Below, one piece after another: positions 13,247-25,504 of a stretch of 64,000 nucleotides of DNA (positions are counted from its first letter, which is position 1; every line of letters begins with the position of its first letter). The translations under genes and the position numbers were made by a program. The stretch lies in NCBI GenBank assembly GCA_038087875.1, contig CM075990.1, positions 1,924,001-1,988,000 of the forward strand, written 5' to 3'. The DNA is from Malacoraja senta. Its lineage: Eukaryota. The notes beneath the pieces are model-generated. The model had not been told where the DNA came from. It searched no databases and saw nothing but the letters and a program-made list of their open reading frames with translations.

Positions 13247-13485
13247 TCACACCCCCCCCACACCCTCCTCCCCCACACCCCCCAACATCCTTCACTCAAC
13301 CACCCTGTCCACACCACCTTAGCAACAACCCTTTTCACTCACTGCCCATGCCCAACATCTACCACCCACCAACTTTGTCCCCACCCTGGTTACCATCTCC
13401 ACCAACCAACCCCCATCCATCTGCCCCACCCTAGTAACATCTTCCACTCACCCACCCTACTAACACTAACATCCACCCACCGCAG
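13247..13485. repeat. C/A-rich low-complexity sequence (G/T-rich on the gene's sense strand)
   Basis: ccac/caac runs with almost no G on the + strand. Confidence 0.7.
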
Positions 13486-13619
13486 CTGTCGCATTGCCCA
13501 ACTTCATTCAATATTAAATCCGTAAGGCCTCTCTTCCAGTCCCAGCCAGTGTGTCCTCTCTCCCGATAGTGCAACGTGCTGCGTGGTTAGCTGCTCAGGA
13601 TGATGAACGTTCCACTTAC

Positions 13620-13764
13620 CCTGCAGCTCATCCTCGGAGGAATAGCCAGATGTCGACGACAAGTAGATGTTGGAAGTGGAAGGCACTGTCAGTATCCCCA
13701 TCCTGCCGTATGCTGTTTAATTTCTCTTCGTAGCTGTCCTCAAAGCTGGACGGCCCTCTGACTG
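13620..13764 (-). CDS. SUN2: SUN2-like coding exon (SGYSSED motif), apparently frameshifted
   Basis: Encodes ...YLSSTSGYSSEDELQ G|gtaagt, matching the vertebrate SUN2 SSGYSSEDD motif as I recall it; NAGNAG acceptor (atccag|cag|) at 13764/13761; length 3n+1, and the motif frame has a TAA upstream. Confidence 0.7.
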
Positions 13765-13814
13765 CTGGATTCGAGATACAGGTTACCGAAGCAAGTCATC
13801 ACAGGAAAATATTA

Positions 13815-14135
13815 CAGCACCTCATATTTCGCTTGGACACCTTACAAACGATATGATGTTGACCTCTCTAACTTCAAGTAACCCTTGTTTTCCCTCTCTC
13901 CATTCCTCCACCATCCTAGCCCAGTTTAACTGTCCTCCTGATTAAATGTTATCTTTGTGTGCTACGTTGTCACCTTCCCCTAGCTAACAATGATCTATTC
14001 TACATTTTCCTTGATCTTTGTCCCCTTTCATCTCTCGTTTTCGCACCTTACCGTTCCAGATCTCCCTCTCCCCAGACTAAGTCTGAAGAAGGGTCTCGAG
14101 CGAAACGTCACCCATTCTTTCTCTCCAGAAATGCG
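13815..14135 (+). mobile_element. Penelope-like 3' fragment interrupted by CR1
   Basis: cagcacctcatatttcgcttgg...gtctgaagaagggtctcga; the terminal repeat resumes at ~14565-14640. Confidence 0.7.
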
Positions 14136-14139
14136 TTTG

Positions 14140-14562
14140 ACGGCACTGGGCCTGTACTCGCTGGAGTTTAGAATGAAGGGGGACCTCATTGAAACTTACC
14201 AAAAAGTGAAAGGTTTGGATAGAGTGGATGTGGAGAGGATGTTTCCACTTGTGGGAGAGTCGAGGACTAGAGTTCATAGCCTCAAAATTAAACAATGCTC
14301 ATTTAGGAAGGAGATAAGGAGGAATGTATTTAGTCAGAGGGTGGTGAATCTGTGGCATTCTTTGCCACAGAAGGCTGTGGAGGCCAAGTCAGTGGATATT
14401 TTTAATGCAGATATATAGATTCTTGATTAGTACGGGTGTCAGGGGTTATGGGGAGTAGGCAGGAGAATGGGGTTAGGAGGGAAAGATAGATCAGCCATGA
14501 TTGAATGGTGGAGTAGACTTGATGGGACGCATGTACTAATTCTGCTCCTATCACTTATGACA
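14140..14562 (+). mobile_element. CR1 (HER1-like) 3' end
   Basis: LGLYSLEFR..GDLIETY..TRVHSLKI..FSQRVVNLW, followed by the CR1 3'UTR. Confidence 0.85.
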
Positions 14563-14659
14563 TAATGCTGCCTGTCCCGCTGAGTTACTCCAGCATTTTG
14601 TGTCTATCTTTATTGTAAACCAGCATCTGCAGTTCCTTTCTATAAAGGAAGGTATAATC

Positions 14660-15485
14660 CAGGGGTGGGGAACATTTTCATGTTCGAATGCCGCATTTGC
14701 CTGGGTTTCAGCACCTAGGTTACAGAGAAAGGTTGAACAAGATAGGTCTTTATTATTTGGAGCGCAGAATGTTAAGGGGGGACTTGATAGGTCTTTAAAA
14801 TTATGAGAGGCATAGACAGAGTTGACGTGGATAAGCTTTTTACATTGAGAGTAGGGAAGATTCAAACAAGAGGACATGATTTGAGAATTAAGGGACAAAG
14901 GTTTAGGGGTAACATGAGGGGGAACTTCTTTACTCAGAGAGTGGTAGCTGTGAGGAATGAGCTTCCAGTGGAAGTGGTGGAGGCAGGTTCGATTTTATCA
15001 TTTAAAAATAAATTGGATAGGTGTATGGACGGGAAAGGAATGGAGGGTCATGGTCTGAGTGCAGGTAGATGGAACTAGGTGAGAGTAAGTGTTCAGCACG
15101 GACTAGAAGGGCCGAGATGGCCTGTTTCCGTGCTGTAAATGTTATATGGTTATATGGTTATATTAAATTAGCTGTAATCTAATAAGGCCGCATCCAAGAA
15201 ACTTCAATTATATGCACTTCAAAATGTACATTATTTTGTTAAAATAGCCCACGTGATTTACTAATGTTTTTATTGTGGCCGTCAGTCGGGGAGGATTATT
15301 TTGTTGAATCTTCTTTTACTCTTTAGTATTTTAAATAGGTTCATTTTAAGATTAAAATTAAAAATTAAAAAAACGAACAAAAACATATTAATAAAAATAA
15401 AAGGATTTGTTCTACAAAATTTGGATTCATTCAAAAGGCCGCACTTAATGGCCTAGACCTTAAGGCCGCAGGTTCCCCACCCCTG
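14660..15485. mobile_element. hAT-type MITE containing a CR1 3'-end insertion (~14755-15160)
   Basis: TIR CAGGGGTGGGGAAC / GTTCCCCACCCCTG; perfect 8-bp TSD GTATAATC (14652-14659, 15486-15493); internal CR1 peptide TRGHDL..FFTQRVV with a (GTTATATG)n tail. Confidence 0.9.
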
Positions 15486-15533
15486 GTATAATCCCTTGCC
15501 TCTCAGTAACTGCAACTCCGTGTCGGTCACCTC

Positions 15534-15552
15534 ACACCACCAGGGGGCATCA
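15534..15552 (+). promoter_or_regulatory. Candidate CTCF site
   Basis: CCACCAGGGGGCA matches the CTCF core consensus CCACCAGGGGGCGC; sequence match only. Confidence 0.35.
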
Positions 15553-15807
15553 GACCCTGACCCACTGTTCCCCACAGTAACTGGAGTGCTCCGCTCTAAG
15601 ATCTTTGGTTACCACACACATGATGATCGCTGGTCAGGGCAGACTCGGTGCGCCAAAGGGATCGTTTCCGGCTAAAACTGAGATACTGCAGCACGTGTCT
15701 CCGACGTGCACCAGTGATTGCGGTACTTTAACACAAGGAGAAGCCCTTAACTAGTCTGTTGGAGGAAAGGGTTAAGGCTTTAAGAACACTGCCGGCAAAA
15801 GGTTATG

Positions 15808-16030
15808 AGTGATAGGAGAAGAATCAGGCCATTCGGCCCATCAAGTCTATTCCGGCATTCCATCATGGCTGAACTATCTCTCCCTCCTAACCCCATTTTT
15901 CTGCGTTCTCCCCGAAACCCCTGTACTAATCAAGAATCTATCTATCTCTGCCTTAAAAATACCCACTGACTTGGCCTCCACAGCTTTCTGTGGCAATTAA
16001 TTCACCTGATTCACCACACTCTGACTAAAA
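15808..16030 (-). mobile_element. CR1 3' end fragment
   Basis: Reverse complement of the CR1 3'UTR (gataggagaagaatcaggccattcggccc...). Confidence 0.75.
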
Positions 16031-16085
16031 AAAAAGCGCTGGTGCCCTGCTTCCACCCCCCGCACTGCCCTCCCCAGACACGTAA

Positions 16086-16267
16086 CGACGTGCTCCTGCC
16101 AGCTGCTGCGGAGGTGCTGAGAGCGCTGAGAGTGCTGAGAGCGCTTGGAGGCGTTGCTGATGTTGCTGATGTAGCTACTCAGACTGTTGACTGAACTGTT
16201 GGACGGCGAACTTTTGGCGCCAGGCACAGGTCCCGGCCCCTTGCTGTTTGACCTTTTCTTGTGCAAC
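16086..16267 (-). CDS. SUN2: SUN2-like second coding exon
   Basis: Acceptor tttatcgtttcag|G joins in phase 2 with the upstream exon (TPV AG|G LHKKRSNSKGPGP...); Ser-rich open frame. The 3' end is uncertain; the best phase-1 donor position reads G|ttacgt (non-canonical). Confidence 0.65.
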
Positions 16268-16384
16268 CTGAAACGATAAAGTGCGACGATTTAGGGTGGA
16301 GGCAGACCAGGACTGCGAAAGAAAAGCAGCAACTTCTGTGAAATTGGCACAGCAATCCAAAACACATTGTGGGCATGGGTTATA

Positions 16385-17135
16385 AACATAGAAAATAGGT
16401 GCAGAAGTCCATTCGGCCCATCGGCCTCATTAAATATGATCATGGATGATCATCCACAATCAGTACCCCGTTCCTGCTTTCGGCCCATATCCCATGATTC
16501 CGCTAGCCCTAAGAGCTCCATCTAACTCTCTTTTGAATGCATCCAGTGAATTGGCCTCCACTGCCTTCTGTGGCAGAAAATTCCACAAATTCACAATTCT
16601 CTGGGTGAAACATTAATGGTTCACCCAGAGGGTTGCGACATTATTACTATTGAGGGAGTGCAGCATAGGTTCACCAGTTTAATTCCTGGGATGGCGGGAC
16701 TAACATATGATGAAAGAATGGGTGGACTGGACTTGTATTCGCTGGTATTTAGAAGGATGAGAGGATATATATTGAAACATAACATTTTTAGAGGATTAGA
16801 CAAGGTAGTTGCAGGAAAAATGCTCCCGATGTTGGGGGAGTCCAGAACCCGGGGTCACAGTTTAAGAATAAGGGGTAGGCCATTTAGGACTGAGATGAAG
16901 AAAAACTTTTTCACCCAAAGAGTTGTGATTCTGTGGAATTCTCTGCCACAGAAGGCACTGGAGGCTAATTCACTGGATGTTTTCAAGGGAGTTAGATTTA
17001 GCTCTTAGGGCCAAGGGAATTAAGGGAAATGGGGGAAAAAGCCAGAACGGGGTACTGATTTTGGATGATCATATTGAATGGCGCTGCTGGCTTGAAGGGC
17101 CAAATGGCCTTATCCTGCACTGATTTTCTATGTTT
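16385..17135. mobile_element. Two CR1 3' ends in opposite orientation (16385-16612 minus; ~16640-17135 plus)
   Basis: catagaaaataggtgcag tail on the left; ORF 16616-17008 (IEGVQHRFTSLIPG..TRGHSL) and tttctatgttt tail on the right. Confidence 0.8.
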
Positions 17136-17577
17136 CAGACTGAGAGTCGGAAGAAGGGTCTTGCCCTGAAATGTCACCCATTGCTTCTATCAGAGATGCT
17201 GCCTGTCCCGCTGAGTTCCTCCAGCATTTTGTGTCTACCTGCGGTGTAAACCAGCATCCGCAGTTACTCCCTACACTTTAAATCAGACTAGCTGGGTCAG
17301 GGTAGAGGTTACCGGCATTGTGGTTGAGCAGTGCTCTGGTTTCTAGATTCCAGGGTGTAAGAAGATTTTAAACATCGATGTCACAGGAGGCCATTCAGCC
17401 CATCTGTGCCAGTCAAGCAAAAACAACCCTGTCCGACCGCCTGCCACCCTGCAGGTCACGTACTGCAATACACGGCCAAGCGTGTTGAAGTTTCGCAGCA
17501 GCATCCCCACTGTCCATTGTGACCACATCACTAAATATTCATTCATCGTACACATAGCCACTCACAGTCAACCTTTT

Positions 17578-17887
17578 GGGTCGGCACGGTGGCGCAGCGG
17601 TAGAGTTGCTGCCTCACAGCACCAGAGACCTGGGTTCAATCCTGACTACGGGTGCTGTCTCTACGGAGTTTGTATCTTCTCCCTGTGACTGCATGGGTTT
17701 TCTCCGGGTGCTCCAGTTTCCTCACACACTCCAAAGATGTACAGGTTTGTAGGATAATTGGCTACTGATAATTATAAATTGTTCCTAATGTGTGTAGGAT
17801 AATGCTAGCTTATAGGGTGGTGACTAGTTAGTGCGGACTTGGTGGGCCAAAGGGCTTGTTTCCGCGCTGTATCTCTAAAGTCTAAAG
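17578..17887 (+). mobile_element. Full-length tRNA-derived V-SINE (HE1-like)
   Basis: Pol III A box TGGCGCAGCGG, B box GGTTCAATCC, V-core, CR1-like 3' end and tctaaag tail repeats. Confidence 0.85.
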
Positions 17888-18539
17888 GTTCCCCAATGGC
17901 CCTTTTCGTTTCTTGATCATTCTCTTACTCTTCGCGTACATAAAATATCTTTTGATTTTATTTGCCAAATATTTTCAAACCCTCCTTGCTTTCTGTAAAT
18001 GTCACCTTTAATTTCTCTCCAACACTTTCTAAACTCTGCTGGCTTTTCTGCCCCATTAATCCCTCAGCGCCTGTCATAAGCAAAACACTGCTGTTGTGTG
18101 TGATTGGCCCTGTTCCAGTTTAGTGCCCAGTGTTTAGTAACATGTCACAGGAAACTACATGAGGAACATGATTTAGGATTATCCAACCTGCTTCCAAGCG
18201 AGATTACAGCACTGAACAGCTTCAGCTTTTGCATTCAGCCAATCTTACACGGGTTGTAACTCTTCGCTAGGTCCAGCTACAGTGCCATGTAATTGTCTTG
18301 ACCTTTGGTTGTGCACCCCAGTGTTGGCACTGTTCCCACTGGCCACGTGGTTGGCATCATATTCCAAGTAACTGCAGGCTTCCCCCATCCCTCCCCTGCC
18401 TTTCCAGCCAACCTCCTGCCAACTGCACCGCTCTGCTGCAACATTCCATCTCTTTCTATAATTTGGTCCGCACCCTCAAAATGTCTTCTATTCTGTCTAA
18501 CAGTTTAATCTCATAGGTGATAGGAGCAGAATTAGGCCA

Positions 18540-19240
18540 TGCAGGGAAATGTGAGGTGTTGCATTTTGGAAAGACTAACAAGGGCAGAACCTGCACAGTG
18601 AATGGTGGGGCTCTGGGGAACGTTGTAGAGCAGAGGGATCTAGGTGCATGGTTCCCTGAAGGTGGAGTCAAGTCAAGTCACATTTATTTATATAGCACAT
18701 TTTAAAAACAACTCTCGTTGGCCAAAGTGCTTTACATTTGTTATAAGAATAATATAAACAAACAAACTACATACATATATACATATAGCCCTCACTCAGA
18801 GGACGTCAAGAAAGGCTTGGGAGTATAGATAAGTTTTTAGTCTTGACTTAAAGGAGTCGATGGAGGGGGCAGTTCTGATGGGAAGGGGGATGGTGTTCCA
18901 CAGTCACAGGTAGATCGAGTGGTCAAAAAGACTTTTGGCACATTGGCCTTCATCAGCCAAAGTATTGAGTATAGAAGTTGGGAGATCAAGTTGCAGTTGT
19001 ATAAGACGTTGATGAGGCTGCTTTTAGAGTATTGTGTTCAGTTCTGGGCGCCATGTTATAGGAAAGATGTTGTCAAGCTGGACCGTGTAGAGAGAAGATT
19101 GATGAAGATGTTGCCAGAACTAAAGGGTGTGAGCTACAAGGAGAGGTTGAGTAGGCTGGGACTCTACTTCTTGGAGGATGAGCGATGATCGTATAGAGGT
19201 GCATAAGATCATGAGAGGAACAGATTTAGTAGATGCAGTC
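18540..19240 (+). mobile_element. CR1 RT fragment interrupted by an L2 3' end (~18670-18902, minus)
   Basis: KCEVLHFG and [17 protein letters not shown]; the insert has an L2-type tail (gtcaagtcaag, tttatttatatagcac) flanked by agtca repeats. Confidence 0.75.
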
Positions 19241-19547
19241 ATGCCTACTATGTTCTGTTGTGCTAAAGCAAAGCAAGAATTTCATTGTCCTATCAGGGAC
19301 ACATGACAATAAACTCTCTGGAATCTTAATTTACTCGCTGGTATTTTCAGAATTAAGCGTTCAAATTTACTGTTGACGGCATAGTCACCTATCTGTTTAA
19401 TTTATGTATTATTGAATGATGTGCTGCTTTTCAAGCACGTAACTCTCCGTAAATCGCGAGGTGCCTGTACTCGTGCATTGTACGATTTGAATGGATAGCA
19501 CGCAAGCTAAGCTCAGCATGGTGGCGCAGCGGTAGAGTTGCTGCCTT

Positions 19548-19722
19548 AAGGGCCTGTCCCACTTACGCGATTTCTTTGGCGACTGCCGGCACCCGTCATA
19601 GTCGCAGCAAGTCGCCGAAAATTTTCAACATGTTGAAATTCCAGCGGTGACCAGAAAAAGGTACGACTCTTTGGGCGACTACTCACGACCATACAGGCGT
19701 CACGTGTCGACATGTCGCGGCA
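19548..19722 (+). mobile_element. Harbinger-type MITE left end inserted into a SINE head
   Basis: TTA|AGGGCCTGTCCCACTT terminus (same TIR as 48678-50765) directly after a SINE A-box at 19518-19547. Confidence 0.6.
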
Positions 19723-19724
19723 TC

Positions 19725-20165
19725 TCCCCTTCCCCACACTGACTTTTGAGTCCTAGGCCTCCTCCACTGTCAGAGTGAGGCCACACACATATTGGAGGAA
19801 CAGCACCTCACATTTCACTTGGGCAGCTTACCCCCCAGTGGTATGAACATTGATTTCTCCAATTTCAAGTAACTCCTGCATTCACTCTCTCCCCCACGCT
19901 GGGCATCCTACTAGTTCCATTGTTCGCATCCTTGTATCCCTGTCGTTATCACCTCTTCCCCAGCCAACAATGGGCCATTGTGGGCTCCACGCTTCCTTGG
20001 TCATCTGTTGCCGGCCCGTTTGTTCTGGTTTTTTCCTACCTCTCGTTCCATCCCCCCTACTTTCAATCTGAAGACAGGTTCCATCCTTATTCCCCAGAGA
20101 TGCTGCCTGACCAGCTGAGTTACTCCAGCACTTTGTATCTCAGTATCTGCAGTTTCTTTCTACCC
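19725..20165 (+). mobile_element. Penelope-like 3' fragment
   Basis: ggcctcctccactgtcagagtgag..ttggaggaacagcacctc (GIY-YIG C-terminus) plus the terminal repeat. Confidence 0.7.
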
Positions 20166-20629
20166 AATCAGGGTCTTACTCTGCCCGAGTTATTAGGGAG
20201 TTAGCATTCGCTTCCAGTTGATCTTTGTCCTTTTATATCGCTAAGCTGAACAAAATGTTGACACCACTACTGAACACCTTTCCCTCCTGACACTCCTGCT
20301 ACCTTTCTGAATCCATTCACCAAACTAAAATCAAAAATGTTCTGCTTAAGACTTATTCCAGGGATCAACCTGGGTGATGATCCAGTCTGAGACAACGGTG
20401 TCAAGGCGATGGAGAAATATGGAATAGAATAGAAAGATGAATCAGGGCACAATGCACTTGCCCACCATTAGCATAATGCTGCACCATGAACCGCTGAGAG
20501 CAGGCATCTTAAAACTGACAACAGCTGCTTGGGCCCAATAACAAACAGAAGTTGTGACTTGTCCTTGATTATGGTGGTGGCCTTGCCGAGACAACGCTAC
20601 TGCCTTGGCAAGGCCACCAGCACATTCAA

Positions 20630-20985
20630 GCTCCTGTCACCCTGGCCACTCCTCCTTCTTCCCTTATTCATCGGGCAAAAGCAGTAGAAGTGTGGAAACG
20701 CACACCTCCAGATTCAGGGACAGTTTCTTCCAAGCTGACATCAGGAAAATGAACCATCCTACTAACATCCAGAGATCTGTCCTGAACTACTATCTACCTC
20801 ATTGGAGACCATCGGACTATCTTTGATCAGACTTTACTGGCTTTATCTGGCACTAAACGCTATTCACCTTATCATGTACACTGTGAATGGCTCGATTGTA
20901 TTCACATATAGTCTTTCCGCAGACTGGTTAGCACGCAACAAAAGTTTTTACCTCGGTACATGTAACCAACAAACTAAACTAAAAG
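20630..20985 (+). mobile_element. Rex1/Babar-like LINE 3' end
   Basis: HPGHSSF..SGK..THTSRFRDSFF C-terminal motif with 3'UTR and tail. Confidence 0.6.
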
Positions 20986-21803
20986 ATGGCAGCAGAAATC
21001 TCACAGGTAGGTGTATGAAGGAATTACAGATACAGGTTCACACCGGATAGACACAAAAAGCAGCAGTAGCTCAGCGGGGCAGGCAGCATCTCTGGAGAGA
21101 ATGAACAGGTGATGTTTCGGGTCGAGACCCTACTTCAGACTGAGAGTCCGGGGAAAGGGAAACGAGAGATATAGATGGTGATGTAGTGAAATATGGAACA
21201 AATTAAAGCTATGCAAAAAAGTAACGATGATAAAGGAAACAGGCCATTGTTAGCCGCGTGTTAAGTGAGAATGAAAAGTTGATGCCACTTGAGTAGGGGA
21301 GGGATGGAGAGAATCGCTTGTCAGAGCTAGGAAGGGAGGGGGGGAAGAAGTTTGTTTCACAGGGAGAAGGAATATCACGACTCTCTCTCTCTCTCTCCCC
21401 CTCCTCATGGAACTACAGATGCTGTTTATAAAAAAGTCACAAAGTGCTGGAGTAACTCAACGGGTCAGGCAGCCCCTGCTCACGTTCCCTCCAACATCCC
21501 TCATAAGCCCATCAACCGAATATCTTCATCAACAACTTATTGGGACGGCAACCCTGCCCTTGGCAAATGGAAGATATACCCTACATCCTACCATCCTCCA
21601 CCCGAGATTCCAAGCAGGAAAGAAGAGGCTGTTGGAACATTCCTTGAGTTTTTGTCTAGAACTTTTTCCTGTTGGGAAAGGTTCAGTTGGGGGTGGGGGT
21701 GGGGGGAGGGGGAATGCAGGGGGATGGGATTGGGAGTTGGGCGGCAGTGCTGGGGAGGGAGGGGTGGGGGGTAACGAGACAAGAGGCAGTTAGAGAGACG
21801 TAC

Positions 21804-21925
21804 CTGACGGGAGTCTCCTTGTAAGAGGGAGCGCCGGATTTGGCGGAACCGCCGCTGCTGCTGGAGGTGTCGTCGTGGTGCTGGTAATAGCCGTTGGTGG
21901 CCAGACGGGGACTGCGGCGGGACAT
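21804..21925 (-). CDS. SUN2: SUN2-like first coding exon (whole exon 21804-21990 including 5'UTR)
   Basis: MSRRSPRLATNGYYQHHDDTSSSSGGSAKSGAPSYKETPVR closely resembles the vertebrate SUN2 N-terminus (MSRRSQRL...DDDGSSSSGGS...KDSPLR); acceptor gtctttctctttgctcacag| at 21991 and donor AG|gtacgt at 21803. Confidence 0.85.
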
Positions 21926-22114
21926 CCTCACCGTAGCACCACCACCCCGAGCCTCAGCCCGAGCACGGCACTGCGAGTCTTCCGCACTAACTGTGAGCAA
22001 AGAGAAAGACAGTGTGAGGGGCAACCCTGCACTGGGCACTGGCACCCAGCCCGCTGGCCCAGAGAGGGAGGGGGACACATTGCTGTCATCCTACACACCC
22101 TCCCTGCACATGGC

Positions 22115-22522
22115 AGGGCACATGGTATTAGGGGTAGAGTGCTGACATGGATAGAAAATTGGTTGGCAGATAGGAAACAAAGAGTTGGGATTAACGGGTC
22201 CTTTTCAGAATGGCAGGCAGTGACTAGTGGGGTACCGCAACACTCGGTGCTGGGACCACAGCTATTTACGATATATATTAATGATTTAGATGAAAGGATT
22301 ACAAGTAACATTAGCAAATTTGCAGATGACACAAAGCTGGGTGGCAGTGTGAACTGTGAGGCGGATGCTATGAGGATGCAGGGTGACTTGGACAGGTTGG
22401 GTGAGTGGGCAGATGCAGTTTAATGTGGATAAATGTGAGGTTATCCATTTTGGTAGCAAAAACAGGAAGGCAGATTATCTAAATGGTGTCAAGTTGGTAA
22501 AAGGGGAAGTACAACAGGATCT
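22115..22522 (+). mobile_element. CR1 RT fragment
   Basis: [31 protein letters not shown]. Confidence 0.9.
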
Positions 22523-23893
22523 GTGGGTCCTTGGGCGACTACTCACGACCATAGAGGCGTCACGTGTCGACAAGTCTGGAGCCAAGGGAGGGAGAGGTTG
22601 AGGCTGCGGCCTAGTCCTTGCCCCAGGTCCCGCTCCTCTCCCACCCCACGGGCCCGGAGCAGCAGCCCCCGGACCCCACACCTAGCGATGTTACAAAACT
22701 TACCTTCAGTGGCGCTGCAGTTCTGCCACTGGCCGTGTGCGCAACTTTGGCGCCTTTGAGAGGGGGGGGCGGGATTAAAATGCCGTTTTCTCCTGCCTGT
22801 CGGAGGCGGACTTCCTCGTGCTGCCAGCTGATGATGAAAATTCAACCGGACTTCCATTCTCGATATGTTTTTTTTTTTTTTAATCGCTGGACAATTTAAT
22901 CGCTGGATTAAAATAAAAAGCTACTTCTAACGCCGTCAACGCGACGAATCTCAAGTACGGGACAAAACACGGGGTGTCGTCTATTTTACATAAAAACCTG
23001 CTTCTTGGGATGATTTCAAAAATCGCGAAAATGTGATTTGGGCCCCAAACGAACCGGCAGTGTTTTTCCTGCCGATATGGGGTTCAAATTCACCGCAACC
23101 GCAACGTTCCAATCGATCGCATTACACAAAAACCCACTCGCAAGATGATTTAAATGCCCATTAATTTACGGGAATTAAACATTAAATTCCTTCCATTTGG
23201 CCTATAAATTCGTGACAATGAGATTTAAAAATCATGTTATATTGTGAATTCTTGTGTGAATGTTATTTGGACACTTAGGCTATTTAAAAATGTTAACCTT
23301 TTCTTAAGAAATGGATAGACGTTTAGATCTAGTAATTGAATTTAGACTGATGAATATGAATTTCTTGTTGGGTATTTACTATTTGTTTTAGTGTTTAACT
23401 TTATCATTTCTACCTTTTCTTTCTAAAACTGCAAATAATAACTTGTTTCTGTTAATGCTGTTCAGTGTTTTTTTAAATTAACATTATAAACAGATCTCTC
23501 CGAAGAAGAAATGCAATGTCCCAGCTAGCAGCTGATCTTCTCCAAAAAGACTTGGTCTTTTGCTAGAAATTGTAAATTATTTACCTATCTATAACGGACT
23601 TACAGCATATAATACAATAATATTAAAGTTCTGATCTTGAGAACATCACATTTTTGAATTTTCAAAGCAGTCTCTGGGTGCTTATTACTATTTCCGTCAC
23701 AATGGTCAATTTTGTAATTAGCTACAATTAGGTAACTAACTAATTATATGCTTTAATTTCAGGTCATCCAAGTAAGATTGTTTCATATTTGTTTCAGAAT
23801 GCTTCAATCTATAACTGAAAATTTCGTTCAGTTCCCTTAATTTTTAAGAAAGTTATGGGCTTTTGACTGTCCTAGATCACAGCTTTTGAGTTA

Positions 23894-25504
23894 CAGTGGC
23901 TTGCAAAAGTTTTCATACCCCTTGAACTTTTCCACATTTTGTCACGTTACAACCACAAACGTAAATGTATTTTATTGGGATTGTATGTGATAGACCAACA
24001 CAAAGTGGTGCATAATTGTGAAGTGGAAGGGAAATGATACATGGTTTTCAAATTTTTTTACAAATAAAAAACTGAAAAGTATCGCATACAAAAGTATTCA
24101 GCCCCCCTGAGTCAATACTTTGTAGAACCACCTTTCGCTGCAATTACAGCTGCAAGTCTTTTGGGGTATGTCTCTACCAGCTTTGCACATCTAGAGACTG
24201 AAATTTTTGCCCATTCTTCTTTGCAAAATAGCTCAAGCTCAGTCAGATTGGATGGAGAGCGTCTGTGAACAGCAATTTTCAAGTCTTGCCATAGATTCTC
24301 AATTGGATTTAGGTCTAGACTTTGACTGGGCCATTCTAACACATGAATATGCTTTGATCTAAACCATTCCATTGTAGCTCTGGCTGTATGTTTAGGGTCG
24401 TTGTCCTGCTGGAAGGTGAACCTCCGCCCCAGTCTCAAGTCTTTTGCAGACTCTAACAGGTTTTCTTCCAAGATTGCCCTGTATTTGGCTCCATCCATCT
24501 TCCCATCAACTCTGACCAGCTTCCCTGTCCCTGCTGAAGAAAAGCATCCCCACAGCATGATGCTGCCACCACCATGTTTCACAGTGGGGATGGTGTATTC
24601 AGGGTGATGTGCAGTGTTAGGTTTCCGCCACAGATAGCGTTTTGCATTTAGGCCAAAAACTTCAATTTTGGTCTCATCTGACCAGAGCACCTTCCTCCAC
24701 GTGTTTGCTGTGTCCCCCACATGGCTTGTGGCAAACTGCAAACGGGACTTCTTATGGCTTTTTTTCAACAATGGCTTTCTTCTTGCCACTCTTCCATAAA
24801 GGCCCAATTTGTGGATTGCACGACTAATAGTTGACTAATAGTGGACAGATTCTCCCACCTGAGCTGTGGATCTCTGCAGCTCCTCCAGAGTTACCATGTG
24901 CCTCTTGGCTGCTTCTCTGATCAATGCTCTCCTTGCCCGGCCTGTCAGTTTCGGTGGACGGCCATGTCTTGGTAGGTTTGCAGTTGTGCCATACTCTTTC
25001 CATTTTCGGATGATGGATTGAACAGTGCTCCATGAGATGTTCAAAGCTTGGGATATTTGTTTATAACCTAACGCTGCTTTAAACTTCTCCACAACTTTAT
25101 CCCTGACCTGTCTGGTGTGTTCCTTGGGCTTCATGATGCTGTTTGTTCACTAATGTTCTCTAACAAACCTCTGAGGCCTTCACAGAACAGCTGTATTTAT
25201 ACTGAGATTAGATTACACACAAGTGGACTTTATCTACTAATTAGGTGACTTCTGAAGGCAATTGGTTGCACTGGATTTTATTCAGGGATATCAGAATAAA
25301 GGGGGCTGAATACTTTTGCACGCGACACTTTTCAGTTTATTATTTGTAAAAAAACTTGAAAACCATGTATCATTTTCCTTCCACTTCACAATTATGCGCC
25401 ACTTTGTGTTGGTCTATCACATAAAATCCCAATAAAATACATTTACGTTTGTGGTTGTAACGTGACAAAATGTGGAAAGGTATGAATACTTTTGCAAGCC
25501 ACTG
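23894..25504 (-). mobile_element. Full-length Tc1 (DD34E) transposon, Passport-like
   Basis: TA TSDs (23892-93, 25505-06); ~210 bp TIRs starting CAGTGGCTTGCAAAAGT; 1611 bp. Confidence 0.95.
24112..25134 (-). pseudogene. Tc1 transposase with a single in-frame TAG (~24835)
   Basis: ORFs 24835-25134 and 24112-24807 share one frame; paired-like HTH, GRPPK, WSDE..QQDND..(34 residues)..NPIE. Confidence 0.92.

Noticed and set aside
17580..17650. tRNA gene
   Set aside because: The A/B boxes belong to a SINE head that continues into the V-core and tail; I could not build a cloverleaf.
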